DNA from: Coriobacteriia bacterium
GTDB taxonomy: Bacteria > Actinomycetota > Coriobacteriia > WRKU01 > WQUG01
Reading direction: 5' to 3'
DNA: 64,000 nucleotides
NCBI GenBank assembly: GCA_009778715.1
Contig: WRFR01000004.1
Location: 1,857-65,856, forward strand
Shown here: piece by piece, positions 37,634 to 45,868 of the stretch
Layout of the letters: the number at the start of each line of letters is the position of its first letter
How positions within the stretch are numbered: the first letter of the stretch is position 1
The notes under the pieces: generated by a model
What the model saw: only the letters and a program-made list of their open reading frames with translations
The model's database searches: none
What the model was told of the DNA's origin: nothing
Program-made: the position numbers and the translations under genes

Positions 37634-39022
37634 ATGTTCCTGGATCAGGTGAGCGTCTATGTCAGGAGCGGCGACGGCGGCGCGGGCTGCATGTCGTTTC
37701 GCCGTGAAGCGCACGTGCCCAAGGGTGGACCTGACGGTGGTGACGGTGGCAAGGGCGGCGACGTCATCTTGCGCGCGCAACCTCAGGTGGCCTCGCTTAT
37801 CGACTACCGCTTTAAGCATCACTTCTCTGCTGAGCGCGGCACGCACGGCAAAGGCTCTAAACTTAATGGCGCGCGTGGGGCGGACCTGATCCTCCCCGTG
37901 CCGGTCGGTACTGTCGTGCGCGATCTGAACACCGGAGAGCTCTACGGTGACCTGGACGAGCCAGGCGCCGAGCTGATCGTGGCCGAGGGGGGCCATGGCG
38001 GTCTTGGCAACCCCCACTTTGTGACGAGTACACGCCGGGCGCCGGCTTTCGCCCAGCTTGGTGAGCCAGGCGAAGAGCGCGCGCTGCAGCTGGAGCTGAA
38101 GTTGCTGGCAGATGTTGCGCTGGTCGGTATGCCGAGCGTAGGCAAAAGCTCGCTCATTGCGCGGATGTCAGCGGCGCGCCCCAAGATTGCCGACTATCCT
38201 TTTACCACGCTGATCCCTAACTTGGGGGTCGTCAAGGCGGGCGAGGCGCGCAACTTCGTGGTCGCTGACGTGCCGGGGCTCATCGAGGGCGCAAGCCAGG
38301 GCAAGGGCCTGGGGCATGCCTTCCTGCGCCATATCGAGCGCTCAGCGCTCATCGCGCAGGTGGTGGACTTGAGCGGTGGCTTTGAGGAGCGCGATCCGAT
38401 TGCCGAGTATGAAGCGATCCGTGCGGAGCTTGGGGCGCACGCGGCGGATCTGCGCCAGCGCCCGCATGTTATCATCGGCAATAAGTGCGATACGCCGGGC
38501 GCCGAGAACCGCTCCACAGAGCTTGCCGCCTACGCGGACGGGCGTGAGATCGCTTACTATGAAGTATCCGCTGTCACCGGGCAGGGGGTCAGCTCGCTGG
38601 AACGTGCGTTGGCCACGAGGGTGGCCGAGCTGCGCGAGGCTGCTGCGACAGCGCGCGCGGCACAGCCTCGCTACGAAGCGCGCTATATCTATCGCCCGGA
38701 TAGCTCTGCTCCCTCGGCCTATCAGGTCGCCCGGATTGGCGATCACCTCTGGGGCGTAACGGGGCGCGGGATCGAGCGTCTGGTGCTCCAGACTGAGTGG
38801 GAAAATGAGGAAGCGCTTGTCTACTTGCAAGGCCGCCTGATTAAACTGGGTGTCGAGGAGGCGCTCATCAAGGCGGGCGCGTGCGATGGGGATACGGTGC
38901 GGATCCTCGGGCGCGAGTTCGAGCTTGACACCGGGCTTGCGACAGAAGATGATACTGAGAACTGTCAGGAGGAGCGCTCGGTGTCCGATGCTCCCGGAAA
39001 AGAGGAGAGGGCTGATGCCTGA
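37634..39022 (+). CDS. obg: GTPase Obg/CgtA
   Basis: Obg fold MFLDQVSVYVRSGDGGAGCMSFRRE..GGPDGGDGGKGGDV. G-domain motifs GMPSVGKSS and DVPGLIEGA. C-terminal OCT/TGS-like region. A TTG at 37589 could extend the ORF but lies inside a palindrome. Confidence 0.9.
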   Translation: MFLDQVSVYVRSGDGGAGCMSFRREAHVPKGGPDGGDGGKGGDVILRAQPQVASLIDYRFKHHFSAERGTHGKGSKLNGARGADLILPVPVGTVVRDLNTGELYGDLDEPGAELIVAEGGHGGLGNPHFVTSTRRAPAFAQLGEPGEERALQLELKLLADVALVGMPSVGKSSLIARMSAARPKIADYPFTTLIPNLGVVKAGEARNFVVADVPGLIEGASQGKGLGHAFLRHIERSALIAQVVDLSGGFEERDPIAEYEAIRAELGAHAADLRQRPHVIIGNKCDTPGAENRSTELAAYADGREIAYYEVSAVTGQGVSSLERALATRVAELREAAATARAAQPRYEARYIYRPDSSAPSAYQVARIGDHLWGVTGRGIERLVLQTEWENEEALVYLQGRLIKLGVEEALIKAGACDGDTVRILGREFELDTGLATEDDTENCQEERSVSDAPGKEERADA

Positions 39023-39836
39023 GAACACCATCCCGGATACCTGCCGTTGCCCGCGGACCATCGTGATCAAGGTCGGCAGCAACACCTTGACCGATGAGCG
39101 CGGCGCGCTGAACCGACGCTATATCGCGAGCCTTGCTGACCAGATCTCAGACCTTATGAGCGAGGGCGTGCGTGTGGTACTTGTGACAAGCGCAGCCATT
39201 GCGGCGGGCCTGGAAGTGCTGGGCTGGCGGGAGCGCCCAACTGACATCGACAGCTTGCAGGCGGCCGCGAGCATCGGCCAGGCGGCCTTGCTCGACGTCT
39301 ATGCCGCGGAATTTGGCCGCCGCGATATTCCGGTTGGCCAGATACTGCTCACGCGCTACGACCTGGAACATGAGAAGAGCTACGCTAACGCGCGCAACGC
39401 TTTTGAGCGCCTGATGGCGCTGGGCGCCTTGCCGCTGGTCAATGAGAACGACGCGACCGCGGTCGATGAGATCCGCTATGGTGACAATGACGCCCTGGCG
39501 GCGCTTGTCGCAAAGATGGTCTCGGCCGAGCGCATGATCTTTTTGACTGATGTCGACGGACTCTATGACGCCAATCCCGCCGTCTGTGCGGAGGCCCATC
39601 GCTTCGATCGCCTTGATCATGTGGATGCCGAGCTGTTGGAAGTGGCTCCCGAGGGGAGCACGGGTTCTGCGATCGGCTCGGGTGGGATGCGCACGAAAGT
39701 ACAGGCAGCTGCGCTGCTGCTGGACTGCGGCGTTGAGACGGTCATCTGTGACGGGCGGCGTGGCAACGTGGTGCGTGACTGCCTGGATGGCTCGGTGTCC
39801 GGTACGGTCTTTTGCCCGGTTAAAGAAGGAGAGTAG
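39015..39836 (+). CDS. proB: glutamate 5-kinase (short form without PUA domain)
   Basis: Starts IVIKVGSNTLTDERG, with AAK-family motifs. ATG 39015 overlaps the obg stop. The ORF-track start 38850 is an in-frame over-extension into obg. Confidence 0.9.
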   Translation: MPENTIPDTCRCPRTIVIKVGSNTLTDERGALNRRYIASLADQISDLMSEGVRVVLVTSAAIAAGLEVLGWRERPTDIDSLQAAASIGQAALLDVYAAEFGRRDIPVGQILLTRYDLEHEKSYANARNAFERLMALGALPLVNENDATAVDEIRYGDNDALAALVAKMVSAERMIFLTDVDGLYDANPAVCAEAHRFDRLDHVDAELLEVAPEGSTGSAIGSGGMRTKVQAAALLLDCGVETVICDGRRGNVVRDCLDGSVSGTVFCPVKEGE

Positions 39837-39839
39837 ATT

Positions 39840-41180
39840 ATGAGCGCAGCTGAAACAACGACAGTGGCAACGGCGAGTAGTTTGACGGTGCAGCAGTGGG
39901 CTAGCTGTGCGCGGACCGCTGCGGTAGAGCTGGGAGTATCTGTGGCTGAGCAGCGCAACAGCGCGCTGACCGCGATGGCCGAAGCACTGGGCGCCCATGA
40001 AGCCGAGCTGCTGGTGGCTAATGCGCGTGACGTGGAAGCGGCGCGGGAGTGCGGTACCAACGAGGGTCTGATCGACCGCCTCATGCTGGACCACGGACGC
40101 CTGGAGGGCTGCGCGGACGCATTGTTGCAGCTTCGCGAGTTTCCTGATGTGCTGGGCGAAGTCATCGATACCCGCACGATCTCGGGGGGCGTTGAGATGG
40201 AGCAGGTACGGGTGCCGCTCGGCGTGGTGGGCATGATCTATGAGGCGCGCCCGAACGTGACGGTGGACTCTGCGGGTATCGCGATCAAGACGGGCAACGC
40301 GATCCTGCTGCGCGGCGGCTCGCTGGCGCGTCACTCTAATGACGCGCTTATCGCCGTGCTGCGCGAGGCGATTGCGGGCGTGGGGCTCTCGCCCGACTGT
40401 ATCTGCCCAATCGACGCGACCTCGCGTGACACCTCGGCGGCACTCATGGAGGCCCGGGGACTCATCGACGTGCTGATCCCGCGTGGTGGCGCCGGGCTGA
40501 TTTCTGCGGTCGTTGAACACAGCAAGGTTCCCGTGATCGAAACCGGCACGGGCAACTGCCATATCTACATCGAGCAGACAGCGGAGGCAGAGATGGCGAC
40601 CAGCATCGTCGTCAACGCCAAGTGCCAGCGCCCAAGCGTCTGCAACGCGGCCGAGTCACTGGTGATCGATCGGGCGGCGACAGAGCGCGTGCTGCCGCAG
40701 ATCGTGCGCGCTCTGCATGAGCGCGGCGTGACGATCGTGGCCGATGACGCCAGCTATCCGGTAGCGGCCCAAACGCTCGGTGAGGCTGCGCTGGCGGACA
40801 GCACGGGCGGCAGTGTGGCGATCGGCCTTGAGCACGCCACTGAAGATGACTTTGGCACGGAGTACCTTGACCTGATGATTAGCGTCAAGGTGGTCGAGGA
40901 TTATCGTGAGGCTGTCGAGCACATCAACCGCTATGGCACGCATCACTCTGAGGCCATCGTGACAAGCGATGCGGCCGCCGCTGACTACTTCCTGGCGCGT
41001 GTTGACGCCGCCGCCGTCTACGTGAACGCGTCGACCCGCTTTACCGACGGGGGAGAGTTTGGTCTGGGCGCCGAGATCGGCATTTCGACCCAGAAGCTTC
41101 ACGCGCGCGGACCGATGGGCCTGCGAGCATTGACGTCCAGCAAGTATCTGCTGCGCGGTACTGGCCAGGTACGTGGGTAG
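39840..41180 (+). CDS. proA: gamma-glutamyl phosphate reductase
   Basis: ALDH-fold protein. Catalytic Cys region VCNAAESLVI. Follows proB. Confidence 0.9.
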   Translation: MSAAETTTVATASSLTVQQWASCARTAAVELGVSVAEQRNSALTAMAEALGAHEAELLVANARDVEAARECGTNEGLIDRLMLDHGRLEGCADALLQLREFPDVLGEVIDTRTISGGVEMEQVRVPLGVVGMIYEARPNVTVDSAGIAIKTGNAILLRGGSLARHSNDALIAVLREAIAGVGLSPDCICPIDATSRDTSAALMEARGLIDVLIPRGGAGLISAVVEHSKVPVIETGTGNCHIYIEQTAEAEMATSIVVNAKCQRPSVCNAAESLVIDRAATERVLPQIVRALHERGVTIVADDASYPVAAQTLGEAALADSTGGSVAIGLEHATEDDFGTEYLDLMISVKVVEDYREAVEHINRYGTHHSEAIVTSDAAAADYFLARVDAAAVYVNASTRFTDGGEFGLGAEIGISTQKLHARGPMGLRALTSSKYLLRGTGQVRG

Positions 41181-41181
41181 A

Positions 41182-41212
41182 TGACAAAATGGGGTCAGGC
41201 ACCATTTTGTCA
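41182..41212. repeat. family-2 element overlapping the nadD start
   Basis: tgacaaaatgg-ggtcaggca-ccattttgtca gives 11-bp perfect arms. The loop contains GGTCAGG as in the other copies. Confidence 0.7.
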
Positions 41213-41884
41213 CGGGAGCGCATCGGCATACTGGGGGGCACGTTCGACCCGCCACACCGTGGGCACGTCGACCTAGCGCGTGCGGCGCGTGACGCGGCAG
41301 GACTTGACCGCGTGCTCTTCGTGGTCGCGTCGCACCCGCCGTTTAAGGAGGGAGCGACCCACGCTTCTGCCGAGGATCGTCTCGCTCTGGTCGAGGCGGC
41401 GCTGGCGGATGCGGGTGAACCGACGTTTGAGGCTTCGCGCATCGAGTTGGATCGTCCCGGCGTGAGTTACACGATCGATACGGTTCGTGAGCTGCAACGC
41501 CGCGATCCGGAGGCCGAGCTCTACTTCATTGTTGGCAGCGATACCATAGCTGACCTCCCGCAGTGGAAAGATGCCGCGGAGCTTGCCCAGCAGGTACGTT
41601 TCATCGTGAACTTGCGTGAGGGCGGGCCGCAGCAGGTCAGTACGCCAGCAGGATTCGACCTGATGGTCATCAAAGGCGATGTACCCGAGGTTTCTTCCAG
41701 TCAGATGCGCCAGGCGCTCGCAGCAGGACAGCCGACAGGTGGCCTGCTCACTCCGTCAACCAGGGCGCTCATCAAGGAGCGCGGATTGTACGCCAACCTC
41801 AAACCTGACCCCGGACAATGCGTAGGGCGCGACGCCCCCGGCGCGCCTCTGTCCCAAGAGGCAACGAGTAGCGGAAAAGGGTGA
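41189..41884 (+). CDS. nadD: nicotinate-nucleotide adenylyltransferase
   Basis: Motif GILGGTFDPPHRGH (HxGH nucleotidyltransferase). The start region overlaps a TGACAAAATGG..CCATTTTGTCA palindrome. TTG 41207 is an alternative start. Confidence 0.85.
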   Translation: MGSGTILSRERIGILGGTFDPPHRGHVDLARAARDAAGLDRVLFVVASHPPFKEGATHASAEDRLALVEAALADAGEPTFEASRIELDRPGVSYTIDTVRELQRRDPEAELYFIVGSDTIADLPQWKDAAELAQQVRFIVNLREGGPQQVSTPAGFDLMVIKGDVPEVSSSQMRQALAAGQPTGGLLTPSTRALIKERGLYANLKPDPGQCVGRDAPGAPLSQEATSSGKG

Positions 41885-41887
41885 TGC

Positions 41888-42682
41888 ATGAGCTTTATTG
41901 ATAATCAGCAGGACTTCGACCTGCTCGTCTCCCGTATCAAGGAGCAACTTGAAGCGCGTGAGGACGAGTACGGCTACCGCCACTCGCTGGGCTGCGCGCA
42001 GTGCACGGCGCAGATGGCTGTCGTCTATGGCCTCGATGAGCCGCGCGCCTACCTGGCGGGGTTGCTACATGACTGGGATCGCTGCGTGCCCAAGCCGGAG
42101 CTCATCGAAGAAGCGCGCAAGATGGGCTTCGATATCACGCCTGAGGTGCTTGCCGCCCCCGCCATCCTGCATGCGCACACGGGAGCGGCTGCTGTTGCGG
42201 CACAGTTCCCGGAAATCGCTGCAGAAACCCCGGAGATCATCACCGCGATCGAACACCACACCGTCGGTGTGCCGGACATGGCGCCGCTTGACGAGTTGCT
42301 CTACATCGCCGATATGATCGAGCCGACCCGCCTGTCTCCCAATATCGCCGATTTGCGTGAGATGGTCGGCACGGTCGACCTCGACACGCTCTTCATGCAG
42401 GCCTATCAGAGATCCATGGCTCACCTGGTGCGGCGGCGCAAGGTCATGCATCCCGATACGATCCGCGTCTGGAACGCGCTCGTAATGCGCGGTGAGATCG
42501 GGCAGGACGTCGTCTTCCCGGATCCCGCGACCATCACTCCCGAGCTCCGTGAGCTGGACCCCGGCGAGATCCCGCCCGAGCTGCGCGGCACCTGGCGCAA
42601 CTTACCGCCCGATACCACTCCGAACCCCTCGGTAGGCGATGACGCCGCCGACGCCCCTTCTGTATCTACTCCTGACCAGTAA
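41888..42682 (+). CDS. yqeK: YqeK-family HD-domain phosphohydrolase (bis(5'-nucleosyl)-tetraphosphatase type) with Pro-rich C-terminal extension
   Basis: HD motif ..RHSLGCA...GLLHDWDR... Conserved nadD-yqeK-rsfS order. Confidence 0.8.
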   Translation: MSFIDNQQDFDLLVSRIKEQLEAREDEYGYRHSLGCAQCTAQMAVVYGLDEPRAYLAGLLHDWDRCVPKPELIEEARKMGFDITPEVLAAPAILHAHTGAAAVAAQFPEIAAETPEIITAIEHHTVGVPDMAPLDELLYIADMIEPTRLSPNIADLREMVGTVDLDTLFMQAYQRSMAHLVRRRKVMHPDTIRVWNALVMRGEIGQDVVFPDPATITPELRELDPGEIPPELRGTWRNLPPDTTPNPSVGDDAADAPSVSTPDQ

Positions 42683-42697
42683 GGAACCTGCTGCCAC

Positions 42698-43081
42698 ATG
42701 GAAAAACAACGCCCCACTTCAGAAGAACTTGTCAAGACGATCTTTGCCGCCGCCCTGGACAAGAAGGCGACGGATGTCGTGTCGCTTTCTATGGCGCCGC
42801 TGATTGGCCTGACCGACTACTTTGTGATCGCCACGGCGGCCAACGATCGCCAGATCGAGGCCATCGTTGATGAGATCGAGCGTCGCGTGCGCACCGAGCT
42901 GCAGGTCCATCCCGCGGCACGTGAAGGCGAGCGGGGCGACAGCTGGATCGTGCTCGACTACCTTGATGTGGTCGTGCATGTCTTCCTGCAGGATGCGCGC
43001 GACGAGTATCGTCTGGAGAAGCTCTGGAGTGAAGCCAAGCAGATCCGCGCCGAAGAACCTAAGCAAGAATCCAATGCCTGA
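42698..43081 (+). CDS. rsfS: ribosomal silencing factor RsfS (Iojap)
   Basis: Motif DVVSLSMAPLIGLTDYFVIATAANDRQIEAI. Confidence 0.9.
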   Translation: MEKQRPTSEELVKTIFAAALDKKATDVVSLSMAPLIGLTDYFVIATAANDRQIEAIVDEIERRVRTELQVHPAAREGERGDSWIVLDYLDVVVHVFLQDARDEYRLEKLWSEAKQIRAEEPKQESNA

Positions 43082-44093
43082 TCGCTCGACCCTGACACAA
43101 CACCGCCTGGCCCCGACGCTGGCCATGTTGGGCGTGACACTCGTTTGGGGCGCCACGTTTTTAACGGTTCAGAGTGTGCTGCGGGTCTATCCACCGTACC
43201 TGTTTTTAGCGCTACGTTTTGCCCTGGCGGCTCTTTTCCTTGTGATCCTGCGCCCCAAGCTCTTCAAACACATTCATCGCCGCGATCTCCTCTTTGGTGG
43301 AGTTGCTGGCCTGATCCTTGCCGCGGGTTACATCCTGCAGACGATGAGCTTGTTGCCGGCCGCCCTCGGTGGCACCACAGCGGCGCGCTCCGCTTTTATC
43401 ACCGGGATGTATGTGGTGATCACGCCGATCGCCGCCGCCATTATTTATCGCAAGAAGCCAACGATCGGGGTCGTATTGGGCGGCTTGCTGGTTGTGGCAG
43501 GCCTCTACTTCATGTCCGGCATCACCTTTGGCGCCTCCCAGATCAGCTGGGTTCGTGGCGATACCCTGGTGATGATCGGGACTTTCACCTACGCGGCGCA
43601 CATCCTCTGGCTTGCGCACCCCAAACACGCTCACGATACCGTTGCTTTGACGTTCGTCCAAATGGTGATGGTCACGCTGGCCTGCACGGTGCTTTCAGTC
43701 GCGACGGGCGAGAAGTGGAGTCTGCCGCCCTCGCTCAACGTCTGGCTGATGATCATCTTCTGCGCGATCTTTGCCTCGGCGCTCGCGTTTATGATCGAGA
43801 CCTGGGTACTCAAGCGCCTGCCGCCGAGCCGGGTGGCGTTGCTCGAGATCACTGAGTCATTCTTTGGCGGCGTAGCGGGTTGGCTCTGGACGCGCCATGC
43901 GCCCACGTTCGAGGTCGTAGGAGCCGCCTGTATTCTCGGCGGCATGCTGCTTTCCGAGTTGGTGGCCATGTGGCGCGCTAATCGCGACAAAACACCGGTC
44001 GAGTTCTACGGCGACCCTTTCGAGGGTCCGCCGCTCGTCATCACCGAGAGCAACAACGAGGAAGACCTGACCCCAGGAGTCGATCCTACCTAG
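43074..44093 (+). CDS. EamA/DMT-superfamily transporter
   Basis: Two EamA-like 5-TM halves. ATG 43074 overlaps the rsfS stop. The ORF-track start 42867 over-extends into rsfS. Confidence 0.75.
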   Translation: MPDRSTLTQHRLAPTLAMLGVTLVWGATFLTVQSVLRVYPPYLFLALRFALAALFLVILRPKLFKHIHRRDLLFGGVAGLILAAGYILQTMSLLPAALGGTTAARSAFITGMYVVITPIAAAIIYRKKPTIGVVLGGLLVVAGLYFMSGITFGASQISWVRGDTLVMIGTFTYAAHILWLAHPKHAHDTVALTFVQMVMVTLACTVLSVATGEKWSLPPSLNVWLMIIFCAIFASALAFMIETWVLKRLPPSRVALLEITESFFGGVAGWLWTRHAPTFEVVGAACILGGMLLSELVAMWRANRDKTPVEFYGDPFEGPPLVITESNNEEDLTPGVDPT

Positions 44094-44134
44094 CGCACTT
44101 GCTCCCGCTTGTCATTGCGGGGAGCGCGGAGCGC

Positions 44135-44159
44135 GACAAAGCAATCCGGCGTTTTGTCA
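44135..44159. repeat. weak family-2-like palindrome downstream of the EamA transporter gene
   Basis: gacaaag-caatccggcg-ttttgtca, preceded by hairpin ctcccgcttgtcattgcggggag. Confidence 0.4.
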
Positions 44160-44323
44160 TTCTGCGCTCACCTGGAACTTTTCCGCAAGCACTTTGAGCG
44201 TGTCGATGGTCGGCGTGGTCTCGCCCTTTTGAAAGGAGAACATCAGAACGAGGGTCCAGTGAATAAGGCCTTGAGAGCGCTATAATCTCTGTCAGAGAAA
44301 CAAAGGTGAGAGGAAGAAGTAGT

Positions 44324-44557
44324 ATGAATCCAGGACAAGAGATGTTTCATAAGTTCGCGCTTGCACGGGTACAGACAGGCAAAGAGGCCAAGATGGAAGC
44401 GCTTATGACTGAGAGTTTCAAACGTCAGGATGAGGGCAGTTTCACGCCGGTGTATATGGGTGAAGTTCTGCCGAAGATGCTTGCGCTGTTGCGTCCTGAA
44501 TGTATTGATGAGTTCAAACAGGCAGCGGCACACATGAGCAGTCAGATCGGATCGTAG
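44324..44557 (+). CDS. small hypothetical protein (77 aa)
   Basis: RBS GAGAGGAAG upstream of ATG 44324 (MNPGQEMFHKF...). No recognisable family. Confidence 0.4.
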   Translation: MNPGQEMFHKFALARVQTGKEAKMEALMTESFKRQDEGSFTPVYMGEVLPKMLALLRPECIDEFKQAAAHMSSQIGS

Positions 44558-44588
44558 CAGGATTGACTGATCGAGCTCAGCCAGACAC

Positions 44589-45821
44589 ATGAAAGAGAAT
44601 CAGATCCAATCAACGAGCATTGAGCTGCTGGCGCCTGCGGGCGGTCCTGAGCAGCTGGAGTGCGCGCTGCGTTATGGGGCGGACGCGGTCTATGTGGGCG
44701 GCGATCGTTTCGGGCTGCGTCAAAAGGCGCAGGGTTTCGATGACGAGGAGCTCCGGCAGGCGGCCGCCAGGGTACACGGCGCGGGCAAGCGGATCTATGT
44801 GACGCTTAACGCCATCATGCATGACGAAGATATTGAGCCTCTGGCAGCGTACGCCGCGACGCTTGAGACGGCGGGCGTTGATGCCGCGATCGTGAGTGAT
44901 CCGGCGGCGTTTGTGATCGTGCGGCGAGTTGCTCCCAGTTTGAGGATTCATATCAGCACACAGGCCTCCGTCGCAAACGCGGAGGCGGCGCGGTTCTGGC
45001 AGAACCAAGGGGCGTCCCGCATTGTGCTCGCGCGTGAGCTCTCGCTTGCAGAGATCGAGGCGATCCGCCGCAAGACGCCTCCTGAACTTGAGTTGGAAGT
45101 CTTTGTTCATGGCGCGATGTGTATGGCCTATTCCGGGCGCTGTCTGATTAGCAACTATCTCACAGGCCGCGACGCCAATCGCGGCAACTGCGCGCAGCCC
45201 TGTCGCTGGCGTTACAATGTGACCGAGGAGACCCGCCCTGGGCAGGAATTTCGCCTTGAGGAAGACGAGCGGGGCGCTTACCTCTTCAACTCGCGTGACC
45301 TTATGATGCTGGATCACATCCCGGAACTGGCCGCGACGGGCGTCACCAGTATCAAGATCGAGGGGCGCATGAAAAATGCGCTCTACGTGGCCACCGTGGT
45401 CAAGGCTTATCGCCAGGTCCTCGGCGGAGCAGACCCTGCAGAGTTCCTGCCAGAGCTGGAGACGGTAAGCCATCGCCCGTATTCAACGGGGTTCTTCTTT
45501 GGCCCGGCGCAACAATCCCTTGATGAGGCGCGCTATCTTAAGACCCGGGAATTGATCGGCGTTGTTCAGGACTGCGCTCAGCAACCAACCGGCCCCTATC
45601 GGGCAACCTTTGAGCTCCGTAATCGCGTACGGCAAGGCGAGGAGCTCGAAGTGGTTTCTCCCACGATCCCCATCCGTCGCTTCCGCGTTGACAGCCTGTT
45701 TGATGATCAGGGAGTTCCCGTTGAGCTCGCCAATGTTGCCATGCGCTCGTACCAGATAGAGGTCCCCTTCGAGCTTGGCGCCTATGACCTCTTGCGCAAA
45801 GAGCTCAACACGCCAGCCTAG
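44589..45821 (+). CDS. peptidase U32 family protein (PrtC/YhbU-like)
   Basis: Signature region ELEVFVHGAMCMAYSGRCLISNYLTGRDANRGNCAQPCR (E-x-F-x-H-G-A-x-C...C). Confidence 0.85.
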   Translation: MKENQIQSTSIELLAPAGGPEQLECALRYGADAVYVGGDRFGLRQKAQGFDDEELRQAAARVHGAGKRIYVTLNAIMHDEDIEPLAAYAATLETAGVDAAIVSDPAAFVIVRRVAPSLRIHISTQASVANAEAARFWQNQGASRIVLARELSLAEIEAIRRKTPPELELEVFVHGAMCMAYSGRCLISNYLTGRDANRGNCAQPCRWRYNVTEETRPGQEFRLEEDERGAYLFNSRDLMMLDHIPELAATGVTSIKIEGRMKNALYVATVVKAYRQVLGGADPAEFLPELETVSHRPYSTGFFFGPAQQSLDEARYLKTRELIGVVQDCAQQPTGPYRATFELRNRVRQGEELEVVSPTIPIRRFRVDSLFDDQGVPVELANVAMRSYQIEVPFELGAYDLLRKELNTPA

Positions 45822-45868
45822 CCTGCGCCATCCCTGGCTTCCGCCGCCGCTCCCGTTCTCGCGCTCCC

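Noticed and set aside
39147-40562. 471-aa minus-strand ORF antisense to proB/proA
   Set aside because: Lies entirely inside two well-supported plus-strand genes. Arg/His-rich low-complexity translation typical of spurious ORFs in high-GC DNA. No RBS or domain.
44284-44289. TATAAT hexamer upstream of the 77-aa ORF as a promoter
   Set aside because: A -10-like hexamer is present but no acceptable -35 or TG extension at correct spacing. Too weak to annotate as a feature.
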